NCBI GenBank assembly: GCA_015660855.1
Contig: JACSDG010000027.1
Span: 5,305 to 69,304, forward strand
Length of the DNA stretch: 64,000 nucleotides
Direction of reading: 5' to 3'
From: Magnetococcales bacterium
Lineage (GTDB): Bacteria; Pseudomonadota; Magnetococcia; Magnetococcales; UBA8363
A program made the position numbers and the translations under genes. Below the pieces are notes generated by a model. It searched no databases. It saw only the letters and a program-made list of their open reading frames with translations, and had not been told where the DNA came from. Shown one piece after another: positions 9,434-19,868 of this stretch. Within the stretch, counting starts at the first letter, position 1, and each line of letters opens with the position of its first letter.

Positions 9434-10420
9434 ATGAAAGCAAATGCGGTGATACCCACCAGTGAAAAAACCGGTGTTTCCCTGGTTTTGGTGCGTGATA
9501 CCGATGCAGGAATGCGTCTGGATCGATTTTTAAAACAGCAGCTTCCCGGTCTGCCGGCGGGGTTGATCCAAAAATTGTTGCGGACCGGACAGGTGCGTCT
9601 GGACGGTTGCCGCGTCAAGGGCGATCAACGTTTACAGGTTGGGGGGATGGTACGCATTCCTCCGGTTCGTCCCCCGACCCAACCTCAGCCAGGAGTCCCC
9701 CCGGTCCCACCCCAGGCCATGCTCAAAGCCCTCGACGGGTGTGTGTTGTTGGAAGGGGAAGGTTTCCTGGTCATCAACAAACCGCCGGGTTGGCCGGTCC
9801 ACGGCGGGACCGGGCAGGCGGTCGGGTTGATCGACGGTCTACGTCACCTTTGGAAAGAATCGCCCCATCGACCCGAATTATGTCACCGTCTGGATCGTGA
9901 CACCTCAGGATGCCTGTTGCTTGCGACCGATCGCAAGGCGGCAAGCCTGTTGACCGCTTCTTTCCGCGATGGCATGGTGGAAAAATCCTACTTAGCCCTG
10001 GTGCGGGGGACTCCCAACCCGCCCGAAGGGATCATCGTCGCATCTCTGGCCAAGGGGGTAGTCAAATCGGGTGAACGCATGGTCGTCACCGACGACTCGG
10101 GCCAGAATGCCTTGACCCGATACCGGGTCAGCGAAAGCTTTGGCAGAGTTGCCTTACTCGCGGTCACCCTGGAAACAGGACGCACCCACCAGGTACGCGC
10201 CCATCTTCAGGCTGCGGGCTTTCCCCTGGCGGGTGACGGCAAGTATGGGGATCGCGCCTTCAATCGCACCATGAAATCTCTGGGACTCAAACGCATGTTT
10301 CTGCACGCCCGACATTTAACCTTCCCCCATCCCAAAACCGGCGCGTCGGTCGAGGTCACCTGCCCGTTGGACCCTTCCTTGACAAAAGTTTTGGAAAGAC
10401 TGCGACAAGGGGACCAATGA
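9434..10420 (+). CDS. rluC: RluA-family 23S rRNA pseudouridine synthase (RluC-like)
   Basis: 328-aa ORF. N-terminal S4-like segment (RLDRFLKQQLPGLPAGLIQKLLRTGQVRLDG) and catalytic motif HRLDRDTSGCLLLA. Divergent from rne, as in the conserved rne-rluC arrangement. Confidence 0.8.
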   Translation: MKANAVIPTSEKTGVSLVLVRDTDAGMRLDRFLKQQLPGLPAGLIQKLLRTGQVRLDGCRVKGDQRLQVGGMVRIPPVRPPTQPQPGVPPVPPQAMLKALDGCVLLEGEGFLVINKPPGWPVHGGTGQAVGLIDGLRHLWKESPHRPELCHRLDRDTSGCLLLATDRKAASLLTASFRDGMVEKSYLALVRGTPNPPEGIIVASLAKGVVKSGERMVVTDDSGQNALTRYRVSESFGRVALLAVTLETGRTHQVRAHLQAAGFPLAGDGKYGDRAFNRTMKSLGLKRMFLHARHLTFPHPKTGASVEVTCPLDPSLTKVLERLRQGDQ

Positions 10421-10421
10421 C

Positions 10422-11135
10422 ATGGATCCACAGATGGACGCATGTCCTTATGACCTGATTATTTTTGATTGCGACGGCACCCTGATGGACAGTCTGGATG
10501 GAATCTGGCGTGGTGTGAACCTGGCCATGTCGGCACAGGGACTCGACCAGCAGTTCAGCCCTGCCGAGGTCGCCGGTATTGTCGGCTTGTCACTGGAGAC
10601 CGCCTTTGCCCAACTGCTGCCCAAGGCGGGAGAAAAAACCTGGCAGGCACTGACACAGGCCTACAAGGAACAATTTCGCAAACTGGCCAATGAAGGTATG
10701 GTCGAGCCGCCCCTGTATCCCGGAGTAAGGGCAACCTTGCAACGATTACACGCCGCCGGTCTGGTATTGGCCGTGGCCACGGGGAGATCCATGGCAGGCC
10801 TGGAAAGATCACTCCAGGCCCACCATCTGGGACATTTTTTCACCTTTCATCAAACCGCCGATACCGCCCCCAGCAAACCCCACCCCGCCATGGTGACCCG
10901 GATCCTGGCAGACAGCGGACTGACAGCCGCACGCGCCATGATGGTAGGGGACACCGATTTTGACATGCGCATGGGCCGCCATGCCGGGGTAACCACCTGC
11001 GCGGTCACCTTCGGCTGCCATGACCGTGAACGTTTGGCCAAGGCCAACCCCGATTTCTGGCTTGATCACATGGGGGATCTGCCAGATCTCCTGAAACTTG
11101 GACCGGAAAAGACCATTGGGACGGCGTCGGCCTGA
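10422..11135 (+). CDS. HAD-superfamily hydrolase (phosphoglycolate-phosphatase-like)
   Basis: 237-aa ORF. Motif I IIFDCDGTLMDS, motif IV MVGDTDFDMRMGRHAG. Confidence 0.8.
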   Translation: MDPQMDACPYDLIIFDCDGTLMDSLDGIWRGVNLAMSAQGLDQQFSPAEVAGIVGLSLETAFAQLLPKAGEKTWQALTQAYKEQFRKLANEGMVEPPLYPGVRATLQRLHAAGLVLAVATGRSMAGLERSLQAHHLGHFFTFHQTADTAPSKPHPAMVTRILADSGLTAARAMMVGDTDFDMRMGRHAGVTTCAVTFGCHDRERLAKANPDFWLDHMGDLPDLLKLGPEKTIGTASA

Positions 11136-11340
11136 AAATCGCCCCCAACCACATCTAAAACAGGCCAGCTTTTGGGCCAAAAATGAAAAAAAACGCCGTC
11201 GAATACCGGAAAATGCCCGGCAAGGGTGGAGAAAATTTCTGGATCGTGGCAAAATTCATCTTTTTGACGGATGCGTGGGGTCAGACAGGATCCAGAAAAA
11301 TCACAAACCCGGCGAGCGAATTTAAAAGCGAGAAAAAAAC

Positions 11341-12744
11341 ATGGGTGCCAGGACACTTTTTGAAAAAATATGGGACGAACACCAAATACGCCAGGATGCG
11401 GATGGCACCGCCCTGATCTACATCGACCGGCACCTGGTGCACGAAGTCACCTCGCCGCAAGCCTTTGAAGGTCTTAGGCTTAATCAACGCCAAGTGCGGC
11501 GGCCCAATGCCACCTTCGCCGTTCCCGACCACAACGTCCCCACCAAGAATCTGTCCCGTGGCATCTTGGATCCCGTGTCACGCCTCCAGGTGGAAACGTT
11601 GGAAAACAATTGCCGTGAGTTCGGCATTCGCATCTTTGGCATGGGCGATCCCCGCCAGGGTGTCGTCCACGTCATGGCCCCGGAACAAGGATTGATCCTC
11701 CCCGGCCTCACGGTCGTCTGTGGCGACTCCCATACCGCCACCCATGGTGCTTTCGGGGCACTGGCGTTTGGCATCGGCACCTCCGAAGTAGAACATGTGC
11801 TTGCGACACAAACCCTGACGCAAAAGCGTCCAAAAACCATGCGCATCACCCTGACCAATGCCCTGGGTACCGGAGTCACCGCCAAGGATATGGTCCTCCA
11901 TCTCATCGGCCAGATCGGCACCGCCGGTGGCACCGGCCATGCGGTGGAATTCGCTGGCGAGGCGGTAAAAACTCTCTCCATGGAAGGTCGCATGACCCTG
12001 TGCAACATGGCCATCGAAGCAGGTGCCCGCGCCGGCATGGTGGCAGTGGATGACCACACCATCGACTATCTGGCCGGTCGCCCCTTCGTGCCCAAGGGGA
12101 AAGATTGGATCGATGCGGTCATTCATTGGCGTCACTACGTCTCCGACCCCGGTGCCCGGTTTGATCGCGAAGTCAAACTGGATGCCGGTCACATCGAACC
12201 CCAGGTCTCCTGGGGAACATCGCCGGAAATGGTGGTCCCTGTTTCAGGAAAAGTACCCGACCCAGCCAGCGAAACCGATTCGGTGCGTCGAGGTTCCATG
12301 GAAAAGGCCCTGAACTACATGGGATTGAAACCCGGCGTGCCCATTACGGAAGTTCTTCTTGATAAAATTTTCATCGGCTCGTGCACCAACGGGCGCATCG
12401 AAGACCTCCGAGCGGCGGCGATGGTCATCAAGGGACGCCGAATCGCCAACAACATCAAACTGGCCCTCGTCGTCCCCGGCACAGGCCTGGTCAAACGCCA
12501 GGCCGAAGAGGAAGGATTGGACCGCATTTTCATCGACGCCGGTTTTGAATGGCGCGAGCCGGGTTGCTCCATGTGCCTGGCGATGAACAACGATGTCCTC
12601 CTGTCAGGCGAACGGTGCGCTTCCACCTCCAACCGCAACTTTGAAGGGCGTCAGGGGGCCGGGAGCCGAACCCACTTGGTCAGCCCTGCCATGGCGGCAG
12701 CAGCGGCCATTCATGGCCATTTTGTCGATGTCCGGGGGATGTAA
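11341..12744 (+). CDS. leuC: 3-isopropylmalate dehydratase large subunit
   Basis: 467-aa [12 protein letters not shown]...[44 protein letters not shown], and the Fe-S cysteines region IGSCTNGR...CSMCLAMN. Confidence 0.95.
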   Translation: MGARTLFEKIWDEHQIRQDADGTALIYIDRHLVHEVTSPQAFEGLRLNQRQVRRPNATFAVPDHNVPTKNLSRGILDPVSRLQVETLENNCREFGIRIFGMGDPRQGVVHVMAPEQGLILPGLTVVCGDSHTATHGAFGALAFGIGTSEVEHVLATQTLTQKRPKTMRITLTNALGTGVTAKDMVLHLIGQIGTAGGTGHAVEFAGEAVKTLSMEGRMTLCNMAIEAGARAGMVAVDDHTIDYLAGRPFVPKGKDWIDAVIHWRHYVSDPGARFDREVKLDAGHIEPQVSWGTSPEMVVPVSGKVPDPASETDSVRRGSMEKALNYMGLKPGVPITEVLLDKIFIGSCTNGRIEDLRAAAMVIKGRRIANNIKLALVVPGTGLVKRQAEEEGLDRIFIDAGFEWREPGCSMCLAMNNDVLLSGERCASTSNRNFEGRQGAGSRTHLVSPAMAAAAAIHGHFVDVRGM

Positions 12745-12787
12745 AACCTCACCAAACGGAAAACCACCAACCTAAGGAGCATGCCTA

Positions 12788-13456
12788 ATGGATTTGGAAC
12801 TGGTTTTGTTTAAAGCCTGCCCTTTTGCGCAACGGGTGGTGATCGTGCTGGATTATCTGGAGATTTCCTGCCGCAAAACGGTCATCAATCCCAGTGATCG
12901 CCCCGGTTGGCTGTTGGAAATCTCACCCATGGGGCAAGTCCCGGTGCTGAGAGTCGATGGATCGCACACCATTTTTGACTCGGTGGCCATCGCTGAATTT
13001 GCCAACGATCTCGCCGATGGCCGCCTGTTATCACGCGATCCGCTGCAAAAAGGGATGGAACGCGCCCTGGTGGAATGGGCCGGAACCTGCCAGCGCGCCT
13101 TCGGCGAGGTTATCGTGGCAACCGATGAGACCGCCTGGCAACGGGCACTGGGCGATTTGACCGGAAAACTTTACTGGTTTGAAAAACTCGCCCATGAATC
13201 CGGTCCTTTCCTCATGGGAGAGGGCTTCACCCTGGTGGACGCCGCCATGGCACCTTTGTTCATGCGCATGCGCGCCCTGCAAAAGGCAGTCCTCTGCTTC
13301 AACGCCGAAGCCACCCCAAAAATGGTCCGTGCCATGGATAGAATTTTATCCACGGCAGCGGTAACCCGATCGGTGGAGGGTGACTTTGACCGCATGTTCC
13401 GCATGGTCGTCAAAGCTCGTGGCAAAGGGGGGTATTGCGATTCCCGCATGGGTTGA
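12788..13456 (+). CDS. Glutathione S-transferase-like protein
   Basis: 222-aa ORF. Thioredoxin-like N-terminal domain pattern (LVLFKACPFAQRVVIVLDYLEI...ISPMGQVPVLRVDG) followed by a helical C-terminal domain. The family call comes from the motif only. Confidence 0.6.
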   Translation: MDLELVLFKACPFAQRVVIVLDYLEISCRKTVINPSDRPGWLLEISPMGQVPVLRVDGSHTIFDSVAIAEFANDLADGRLLSRDPLQKGMERALVEWAGTCQRAFGEVIVATDETAWQRALGDLTGKLYWFEKLAHESGPFLMGEGFTLVDAAMAPLFMRMRALQKAVLCFNAEATPKMVRAMDRILSTAAVTRSVEGDFDRMFRMVVKARGKGGYCDSRMG

Positions 13457-13506
13457 CCGCAAAGATGACGGCAATAAATATCTGATTTTTCAAGGAGAGC
13501 AGGATC

Positions 13507-14175
13507 ATGGAACCTTTCAGGGTAGTGAATGCCCTTGTCGCACCGATGGACCGGGCCAATGTCGATACCGATGCCATCATACCCAAACAATTTTTAAAGT
13601 CGATCCAGCGTGCCGGCTTTGGTCCCAACCTGTTTGACGAATGGCGTTATATGGACCGGGGTGAACCTGGTAAATCCTGCCAGGGACGCCCGGTCAATCC
13701 CGATTTCATCCTCAACCAGGCACGCTATCAGGGGGCGGGAATTCTCCTGGCCCGGGACAACTTTGGCTGCGGTTCCTCTCGTGAACATGCCCCTTGGGCG
13801 TTGCTGGACTTTGGCTTCCGGGTCATCATCGCACCAAGTTTCGCAGATATTTTCTTTAACAATTGCTTCAAGAATGGCATCCTCCCGGTCATCCTGGACG
13901 GCCAGACAGTGGAAGAGCTGTTCCAGGAGACGGTGGCGACGCCCGGGTATCGGCTGACGGTAGATCTTGAATCTTCGGTGGTCATCACCCCCAAAGGCCG
14001 AAGGTTGGACTTTACGATCGGGCCATTCCAAAAACACTGCCTGCTGAACGGACTGGATGATATCGGTCTGACCCTGGAACATGAGGACGAAATCAAAAAA
14101 TTTGAGGTCAAGCAGCGACAGAGCAGACCTTGGGTTTTTATTCCCGACGATGGTGATCGGCTCAGGCTGGTATGA
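13507..14175 (+). CDS. leuD: 3-isopropylmalate dehydratase small subunit
   Basis: 222-aa [63 protein letters not shown]. Confidence 0.95.
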   Translation: MEPFRVVNALVAPMDRANVDTDAIIPKQFLKSIQRAGFGPNLFDEWRYMDRGEPGKSCQGRPVNPDFILNQARYQGAGILLARDNFGCGSSREHAPWALLDFGFRVIIAPSFADIFFNNCFKNGILPVILDGQTVEELFQETVATPGYRLTVDLESSVVITPKGRRLDFTIGPFQKHCLLNGLDDIGLTLEHEDEIKKFEVKQRQSRPWVFIPDDGDRLRLV

Positions 14176-14225
14176 ACAACGGTCGTGGGAAACGTGCAAA
14201 CACGACCTGGTGAGGGTGTAAAAAC

Positions 14226-15314
14226 ATGACAAGCAAAAACATATTGGTTTTGCCGGGTGACGGCATTGGCCGTGAGATTGTGGCAGAAGCCGTAAAAGTT
14301 TTGGGGTGGGTTGGGTCGCGCCCTGGTATTTCGTTGACCATCGAGGAAGGATTGATCGGCGGCAGTGCCTACGATGCCACTGGCGTACCTCTCCCCGAGG
14401 AAACCGTGGCGCGGGCCAAAAAAGCAGATGCCGTCCTTTTGGGGGCGGTGGGGGGACCGCAATGGGACAAACTTGATTTTTCCCTGCGCCCGGAACGGGG
14501 GCTTCTGGGGATCCGCAAGGCCCTGGACCTTTACTGCAATCTGCGTCCGGCCCAGGTATTTTCCCCGTTGATCGATGCCTCGCCCCTGAAACGGGAAGTG
14601 GTCCAGGGGATCGACATCATGGTGGTGCGCGAATTGTCTTCCGGGATTTATTTTGGTGAACCCAGGGGAGTGGAAACTTTGCCCGACGGTCGCCGCCGTG
14701 GCTTCAACACCCTGTCCTACACCAGCGATGAGATTGAACGGATCGCCCGTCGCGCCTTTGAAATCGCCCGCAAACGTAACCGCAAGGTGTGTTCCGTAGA
14801 CAAAGCCAACGTTTTGGAATCCACCGGTCTATGGCGCGAGGTGGTGAGCGAACTGGGTCGCCGTGACTATCCCGATGTCACTTTGAGCCACATGTATGTG
14901 GATAATGCCGCCATGCAACTGCTCCGCAACCCCCGGCAATTCGACTGCATCGTCACCACCAACATGTTTGGCGACATTCTGTCCGATGAGGCCAGCATGC
15001 TGACGGGATCCATCGGCATGCTCCCCTCCGCCTCCCTGGGAGACCACAACGCCCTCTACGAACCCATCCACGGTTCGGCCCCCGACATTGCCGGCAAAGG
15101 GATTGCCAATCCGTTGGCTACCGTGCTGTCGGTGGCCATGATGTTGCGTTACTCCCTCGCCCGCCCCGTGGAGGCCGATCTCATAGAGAAAGCGGTCAAC
15201 CAGGTGTTGGACCAGGGGTTGCGTACCGCCGACATCATGCAGCCCGGTGCCCACCAGGTGGGGACCGGGACCATGGGTGATGCGGTCATGCAGGCACTGC
15301 AAACGGAAAAATAA
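14226..15314 (+). CDS. leuB: 3-isopropylmalate dehydrogenase
   Basis: 362-aa [16 protein letters not shown]..., NLRP...[37 protein letters not shown]. Confidence 0.95.
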   Translation: MTSKNILVLPGDGIGREIVAEAVKVLGWVGSRPGISLTIEEGLIGGSAYDATGVPLPEETVARAKKADAVLLGAVGGPQWDKLDFSLRPERGLLGIRKALDLYCNLRPAQVFSPLIDASPLKREVVQGIDIMVVRELSSGIYFGEPRGVETLPDGRRRGFNTLSYTSDEIERIARRAFEIARKRNRKVCSVDKANVLESTGLWREVVSELGRRDYPDVTLSHMYVDNAAMQLLRNPRQFDCIVTTNMFGDILSDEASMLTGSIGMLPSASLGDHNALYEPIHGSAPDIAGKGIANPLATVLSVAMMLRYSLARPVEADLIEKAVNQVLDQGLRTADIMQPGAHQVGTGTMGDAVMQALQTEK

Positions 15315-15329
15315 CCGGGTATCGGGATT

Positions 15330-15381
15330 TGGGGCAGTGCCCCAAGGTTTTGGTTCTTTGCCCGAAGGGCATCATGTTCTG
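15330..15381. repeat. Short copy of the intergenic repeat (modules C-D)
   Basis: GGGGCAGTGCCCCAAGGTTTTGGTTCTTTGCCCGAAGGGCATCATGTTCTGG lies between leuB and asd. It matches ...CCACCAAGGTTTTGGTTTTGTGCCCGCAGGGCATCATGTTCTG at 51743-51784. Confidence 0.8.
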
Positions 15382-15396
15382 GTTTGGAGAAGATGA

Positions 15397-16413
15397 ATGA
15401 AAAAGTTCAACGTAGCCATTGCCGGGGCCACCGGCAACGTCGGTCGGGAAATTCTTAAAATTCTTCAGGAGCGTGATTTTCCCATTCATGAGCTGCACCT
15501 CCTGGCATCGGAACGCAGTGCCGGCACGACCATGAGTTTCCAGGACAGGGAACTGGTCGTCAAAGACCTGTCCAAGTTTGATTTCAAGGGAGTCCATATC
15601 GGACTGTTTTCTCCGGGGGCTTCGGTTTCCTCACGCTATGCCCCCATTGCCGCCCAGGCAGGTTGCGTCGTGGTGGATAACACCTCCTTTTTTCGCATGG
15701 ACCCGGAGGTGCCACTGGTGGTCCCCGAAGTCAATCCCGCTGCCATCGCCGGCTATCGCAAAAAGGGAATCATTGCCAATCCCAACTGTTCCACCATTCA
15801 AATGGTGGTGGCCCTGAAGCCTATTCACGATGCGGCCACCATCAAACGGGTCGTGGTCGCAACCTACCAGGCAGTTTCCGGTGCGGGGAAAGAGGCCATG
15901 GATGAATTGTTTGAACAGACACGCTGCACCTTCATCCCCGGCAAGACCGTACCCCCGAAAAAATTTTCCAAGGAGATTGCTTTCAACGTATTGCCCCATA
16001 TCGACCAGTTTTTAGAAAACGGCTACACCAAGGAAGAAATGAAGATGGTCAACGAGACCAAAAAAATTCTCGACCCTTCCATCCGGGTCGCCCCGACCAC
16101 AGTAAGGGTACCGGTTTTCAATGGGCACTCCGAGGCCATCTCGGTGGAGACGGAAAGAAAACTTTCGGCCACCGAGGCGCGCCAACTGTTGTCTGCGGCC
16201 CCTGGCATTGAGGTCATGGACGACCCGTCCACCTTGACTTACGCCACCCCTCGACACGCCTCGGGAAAAGATATCACCTTTGTTTCCCGTATCCGCGAAG
16301 ATATAAGCTGCGATAATGGCTTGCAAATGTGGGTAGTTTCGGACAATCTGCGCAAGGGAGCGGCCTTGAACGCCGTTCAAATTGCCGAAGTGTTAATCCG
16401 CCAATATCTATGA
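15397..16413 (+). CDS. asd: Aspartate-semialdehyde dehydrogenase
   Basis: 338-aa ORF. VAIAGATGNVGRE, active-site region IANPNCSTIQMVVALKP, TYQAVSGAGK, WVVSDNLRKGAALNAVQIAE. Confidence 0.95.
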   Translation: MKKFNVAIAGATGNVGREILKILQERDFPIHELHLLASERSAGTTMSFQDRELVVKDLSKFDFKGVHIGLFSPGASVSSRYAPIAAQAGCVVVDNTSFFRMDPEVPLVVPEVNPAAIAGYRKKGIIANPNCSTIQMVVALKPIHDAATIKRVVVATYQAVSGAGKEAMDELFEQTRCTFIPGKTVPPKKFSKEIAFNVLPHIDQFLENGYTKEEMKMVNETKKILDPSIRVAPTTVRVPVFNGHSEAISVETERKLSATEARQLLSAAPGIEVMDDPSTLTYATPRHASGKDITFVSRIREDISCDNGLQMWVVSDNLRKGAALNAVQIAEVLIRQYL

Positions 16414-16472
16414 CCCGGTCCGTATCTCCTTGCCAAGGGGCGACACGATTCAGGGACTGTGTTGGCGGGGGC

Positions 16473-18743
16473 ATGGCATCACGGAATGGGGAACCAATCA
16501 TGTTTTGCAGTGCTCAACGGGAAAGGTTTCCCAGATGGCCGGCAGGGTTGTTCCTTACCGTTCTGCTTTTGCTGTCGGCGCCGCCCGCCTGGAGCTTGAC
16601 TCTGGGGGCCATGGATGTCCACAGCCATTTGGGAGAACCTTTCAGCGGCACGGTAGCCATTGATCTGTCGGAAAAAGATGTGAGCCTCACCCTTGAGGCC
16701 AGTAAGGCCCTCCCCCAGGACTATAAACATCTCGACCTGGATTATCAGGAGTTGACCTCCCGACTTCTCCTGAAAATGGAAGGACAAGGCAGCCAGCGTC
16801 GGTTGCTGTTGCGTTCCAAAGGGCCTGTCAACACCCCGTTTTTCAATTTTCTCCTGAAATTATCCACCGGCCAGGGAGACCATTTTCGCAACTACCCCGT
16901 ATTCCTTGAAGTCCGCCCCACCACCCTTTCAAAAGATTTCCAGCCCGTGGCTCCGGCTTTGACTCCTGCGACAGTCGCCATTGCCAATCTTGGCGAACAA
17001 CGGCCAGAGGAATACGGTCCGGTACGCCCGGGTGAGACCCTTTTTGGGATCGTTGACAGATTTGTCACTCCCCCGTTCACCCGACACCAGGTACTGGCGG
17101 CGTTCCATGAACTCAACAAGACGGTCTTTGTCAACGGCAATATGAACGGGCTGCCGGTGGGGGTGGTGCTCAAGGTTCCCTCCATGGAACGTATCAAAAC
17201 CCTGAGTTCAGAGGATGCAAAAGCCTTGGAGGTAGCCCAACGTCAGGACTGGATCAACAGGGGTGGCGGCAAAGGGGGGAGGTTGGGGGCGGTTACCAAA
17301 ACTTCCACCGATCCCGATCCTTCCCGAAAACCGGCAGCGGACAAACCAGGAAAAGCCCAGACCAAACCTCAGGAGGAACCGAGGGATGTCGTTGACATGC
17401 GTTTGACGGTGTCACCCTCAGAAAAAGATGACAACTTGGCAATGGCTCCGCATGTTGGAAAACTTGAAGAGCCGGATACAAAACCCAAAACTGATGAAAA
17501 GATAAACAAAGAAAAGGTTGTCCTTCCTGACGGCAAAGAAGATGCTGCAAAACCTCATGATGAAACAAGAAAAGATTCCGAACCTGCTTTGGAATTGAAG
17601 GCCAGTGGGTGGAACACAGGGATGGCCGATGTTGAAAATCTGAAAAAAGAAATGGCCGACCTTACGGATCAGATCGGTCAGGGCGAAGCGGCGCGATCCA
17701 AACTTCAGTCACAGTTGTCCGCGCTGGAGATGCGTTTAAAAAAAATGGAGCAAGAGCAAAAGAAGCAGATTCCTAATATTGAAAGCGGTCCTCCCTGGGA
17801 TTTGGTGGCAACCGGGGTGGGGGTTGTGGCTCTGGTGATTGGATTGTTAGCATGGATGAGCCGGCGCGGGCGTCGCAAGGCGTGGTCGCAGCATCCCAGT
17901 CTTTCCTCGGAGCCTGTTTTACCAATGACGCCGGTTCCCGGTACGTCAAACGCACCCGGCATCATTTCGGGTTCCCCCCCTGCCGAAAAGGTTGCAACCG
18001 CAGCACCTGCCCGCAGCGAAAACGACAGGATGAATGTTTTTAAGACCGAGGCGTTAGCAACGACCGCAGCGTCCCTGACGGACGATGCTTCGGGATCGGG
18101 TATTTTGGACCTGGGTGGAAGCGAAGAGGATACGAACACTATTTTCAACCTGGGAGGTGGCAAGAATACGCCACCAGAAACAGCCTCCATGGGGGGGGAA
18201 AAAGACGGTCCATCCCATAATTTTAACATGGGCGACGAACGAAGATCTTCGGGAATATTGGACCTGGGGCTTGAAGAGGAAGAAGCATCCGGGCCGTTGA
18301 ATTTTGATGTGCAGGGTAGAGAAACCTCGTCCCAGTTGGATGGAACGAATTTGGATAAACCGAGGCTTGGCCGTTTGGATTCCGCCATTGACGACCAGGG
18401 GCCGATCGATTCAGGACTGGACGTGGTGGCACAACCCATCCCGGAGAAAACGGAAACCAAAACCCTAACGAAAGAAAGTTCCTCTCTGGGTCTGGAGACT
18501 GTGACGTTTGAACCTTTGTCCATTGCCAAAGTGACGAGCAGACCACCAGCCCCGGTCGAAAGCAAGGCGGATCTGGAGACCATCACCTTCGACCTTGAAG
18601 AAACGCCAGCGAAAATGCCCAAAAGGTCTGCGGAGAGAGTGACCCCTGGTCAGAACAAAGCCTCCGACAGTCCGAAAAAACGGGTCGTTGAGGACAGCGA
18701 TGAGATACCCGAACTTGAATTGATCACCGAAGAGGAATCTTGA
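16473..18743 (+). CDS. FimV-like peptidoglycan-binding membrane protein
   Basis: Signal-like N-terminus, FimV N-domain pattern (LTLGAMDVHSHLGEPFSGTVAIDL) and LysM-like segment (YGPVRPGETLFGIVDRF). A coiled coil, one TM helix (VATGVGVVALVIGLLAWM) and an acidic repeat-rich tail follow. Sits downstream of asd as in the conserved leuB-asd-fimV order. The start is ambiguous (ATG 16473 or 16500); the listed 16329 start overlaps asd. Confidence 0.7.
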   Translation: MASRNGEPIMFCSAQRERFPRWPAGLFLTVLLLLSAPPAWSLTLGAMDVHSHLGEPFSGTVAIDLSEKDVSLTLEASKALPQDYKHLDLDYQELTSRLLLKMEGQGSQRRLLLRSKGPVNTPFFNFLLKLSTGQGDHFRNYPVFLEVRPTTLSKDFQPVAPALTPATVAIANLGEQRPEEYGPVRPGETLFGIVDRFVTPPFTRHQVLAAFHELNKTVFVNGNMNGLPVGVVLKVPSMERIKTLSSEDAKALEVAQRQDWINRGGGKGGRLGAVTKTSTDPDPSRKPAADKPGKAQTKPQEEPRDVVDMRLTVSPSEKDDNLAMAPHVGKLEEPDTKPKTDEKINKEKVVLPDGKEDAAKPHDETRKDSEPALELKASGWNTGMADVENLKKEMADLTDQIGQGEAARSKLQSQLSALEMRLKKMEQEQKKQIPNIESGPPWDLVATGVGVVALVIGLLAWMSRRGRRKAWSQHPSLSSEPVLPMTPVPGTSNAPGIISGSPPAEKVATAAPARSENDRMNVFKTEALATTAASLTDDASGSGILDLGGSEEDTNTIFNLGGGKNTPPETASMGGEKDGPSHNFNMGDERRSSGILDLGLEEEEASGPLNFDVQGRETSSQLDGTNLDKPRLGRLDSAIDDQGPIDSGLDVVAQPIPEKTETKTLTKESSSLGLETVTFEPLSIAKVTSRPPAPVESKADLETITFDLEETPAKMPKRSAERVTPGQNKASDSPKKRVVEDSDEIPELELITEEES

Positions 18744-18768
18744 ACTTGAAAGAGGGAAAGGTGACGTT

Positions 18769-19758
18769 GTGACTGTGCAAATAGCACTGCTGATGTTGCT
18801 GGGATGGTTGTGGAATGGTTCTGCCGCAGCCGAAGAAATTAGTTTCGGGCCGATTCAGGTGGCCAGTAGCATGGGGGATCCGCTACATGTCGAAATTCCT
18901 TTGCAGGCTGCGTCAGACAAACCTTTGAAAAATATGGAGGCCTTGTGGGGGGTTCCCACCGATTATACCCACCAGGGGGGGCCAGCCCTAGCCGTAGTCG
19001 CCAAGCGAGAGAATGGCAAGGACGTACTGCTGGTGGAGAGCGACCAGCGCATGACGATCCCTTTTTTCACCATTTTGATCAAAGTTGTTGCAGACGACCA
19101 TATCCTCCTGCGCAATTTTCCGGTCTGGCTGGGTGAACATGTCGGTGGAACGGCAGCAAAACTGGCCGATCCTTCTGTTGGTGCGTCGACAGACACGGTT
19201 GCATCCCCCCCGGCGGAATCACCTCCAGGGAAAAACGTCGTCCTGTGGTTAACGATGCTGATTCTTTTGTCAGGCGGCGTGTTTGTTTTTTGGAAAAGCC
19301 GGCAACGTATCCCCAGGGGAGTGATTTCACGAGGCTTAGCCCGTAAACGCCCCATGGCAACACCAGTTACGGTGCGGGAGACCGCCATTCCGGACCGGGA
19401 TCCCACGATTTCCGGTCGTGCAAGCCCATACGAGCCTGACACTTCCGGAATACGTTTAATAGAGTCGGAATCCCAGGTACCCACCGGCGGGGACAACAGC
19501 CCGGCCGCCCATGAACAACCCTTGCCCCCCCATCATTTCCCGATAGCCGAAGGGGCCGGACTGGACCCAATAGATTCGCCTGTTGGGCCAATAGTGACCG
19601 CCATCCCATCAGAACCTACCAATCCCGAACACATTGGTTTCACTTCCAGAAACACACCAGAACCGTCGGCAACCAAAGCGGTGAAGGGGGTAACGATCCG
19701 TTCCGTAACCCGAAAAAAAACGGCCTCGGGGCCAAATCGGGAAAAAACAGAAGAATAG
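18769..19758 (+). CDS. Membrane protein with a FimV-type N-terminal domain (short paralogue)
   Basis: 329-aa ORF with a GTG start and a signal peptide. ISFGPIQVASSMGDPLHVEIPLQAAS and FFTILIKVVADDHILLRNFPVWL mirror ...FFNFLLKLSTGQGDHFRNYPVFL of the preceding gene. One TM helix (VVLWLTMLILLSGGVFVFW). Confidence 0.5.
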   Translation: MTVQIALLMLLGWLWNGSAAAEEISFGPIQVASSMGDPLHVEIPLQAASDKPLKNMEALWGVPTDYTHQGGPALAVVAKRENGKDVLLVESDQRMTIPFFTILIKVVADDHILLRNFPVWLGEHVGGTAAKLADPSVGASTDTVASPPAESPPGKNVVLWLTMLILLSGGVFVFWKSRQRIPRGVISRGLARKRPMATPVTVRETAIPDRDPTISGRASPYEPDTSGIRLIESESQVPTGGDNSPAAHEQPLPPHHFPIAEGAGLDPIDSPVGPIVTAIPSEPTNPEHIGFTSRNTPEPSATKAVKGVTIRSVTRKKTASGPNREKTEE

Positions 19759-19798
19759 ATTTCAAAGACCTTGCCCCTTTCAATCAACGTGGTACAGA

Positions 19799-19823
19799 GT
19801 AACCATTCGGTCTCCCCCCCCCC
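19799..19823. repeat. Isolated repeat module E (GTAACCATTCGGTC-C run)
   Basis: GTAACCATTCGGTCTCCCCCCCCC is the reverse complement of GGGGGGACCGAATGGTTAC at 39791-39809. Related copies lie at 45226-45247 and 63958-63979. Confidence 0.7.
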
Positions 19824-19868
19824 TCTTCGTTGAAGGTTGATATCGGGTTTTGCGAAGGACTAATAGAA

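Noticed and set aside
11136-11340. Search for a leucine-rich leader peptide/attenuator upstream of leuC
   Set aside because: The only small ORF (11183-11416) is not Leu-rich and runs into leuC out of frame. I could see no terminator/antiterminator pair.
13594-14462. Minus-strand ORFs of 212 and 244 aa overlapping leuD and leuB
   Set aside because: They are antisense to two textbook CDSs and have no recognisable domains.
16329-16472. Listed start of the FimV-like ORF at 16329
   Set aside because: It would overlap asd by 85 nt, and the extra residues (GSFGQSAQGSGLERRSNCRS...) precede the obvious signal peptide. Downstream ATGs at 16473 and 16500 fit better.
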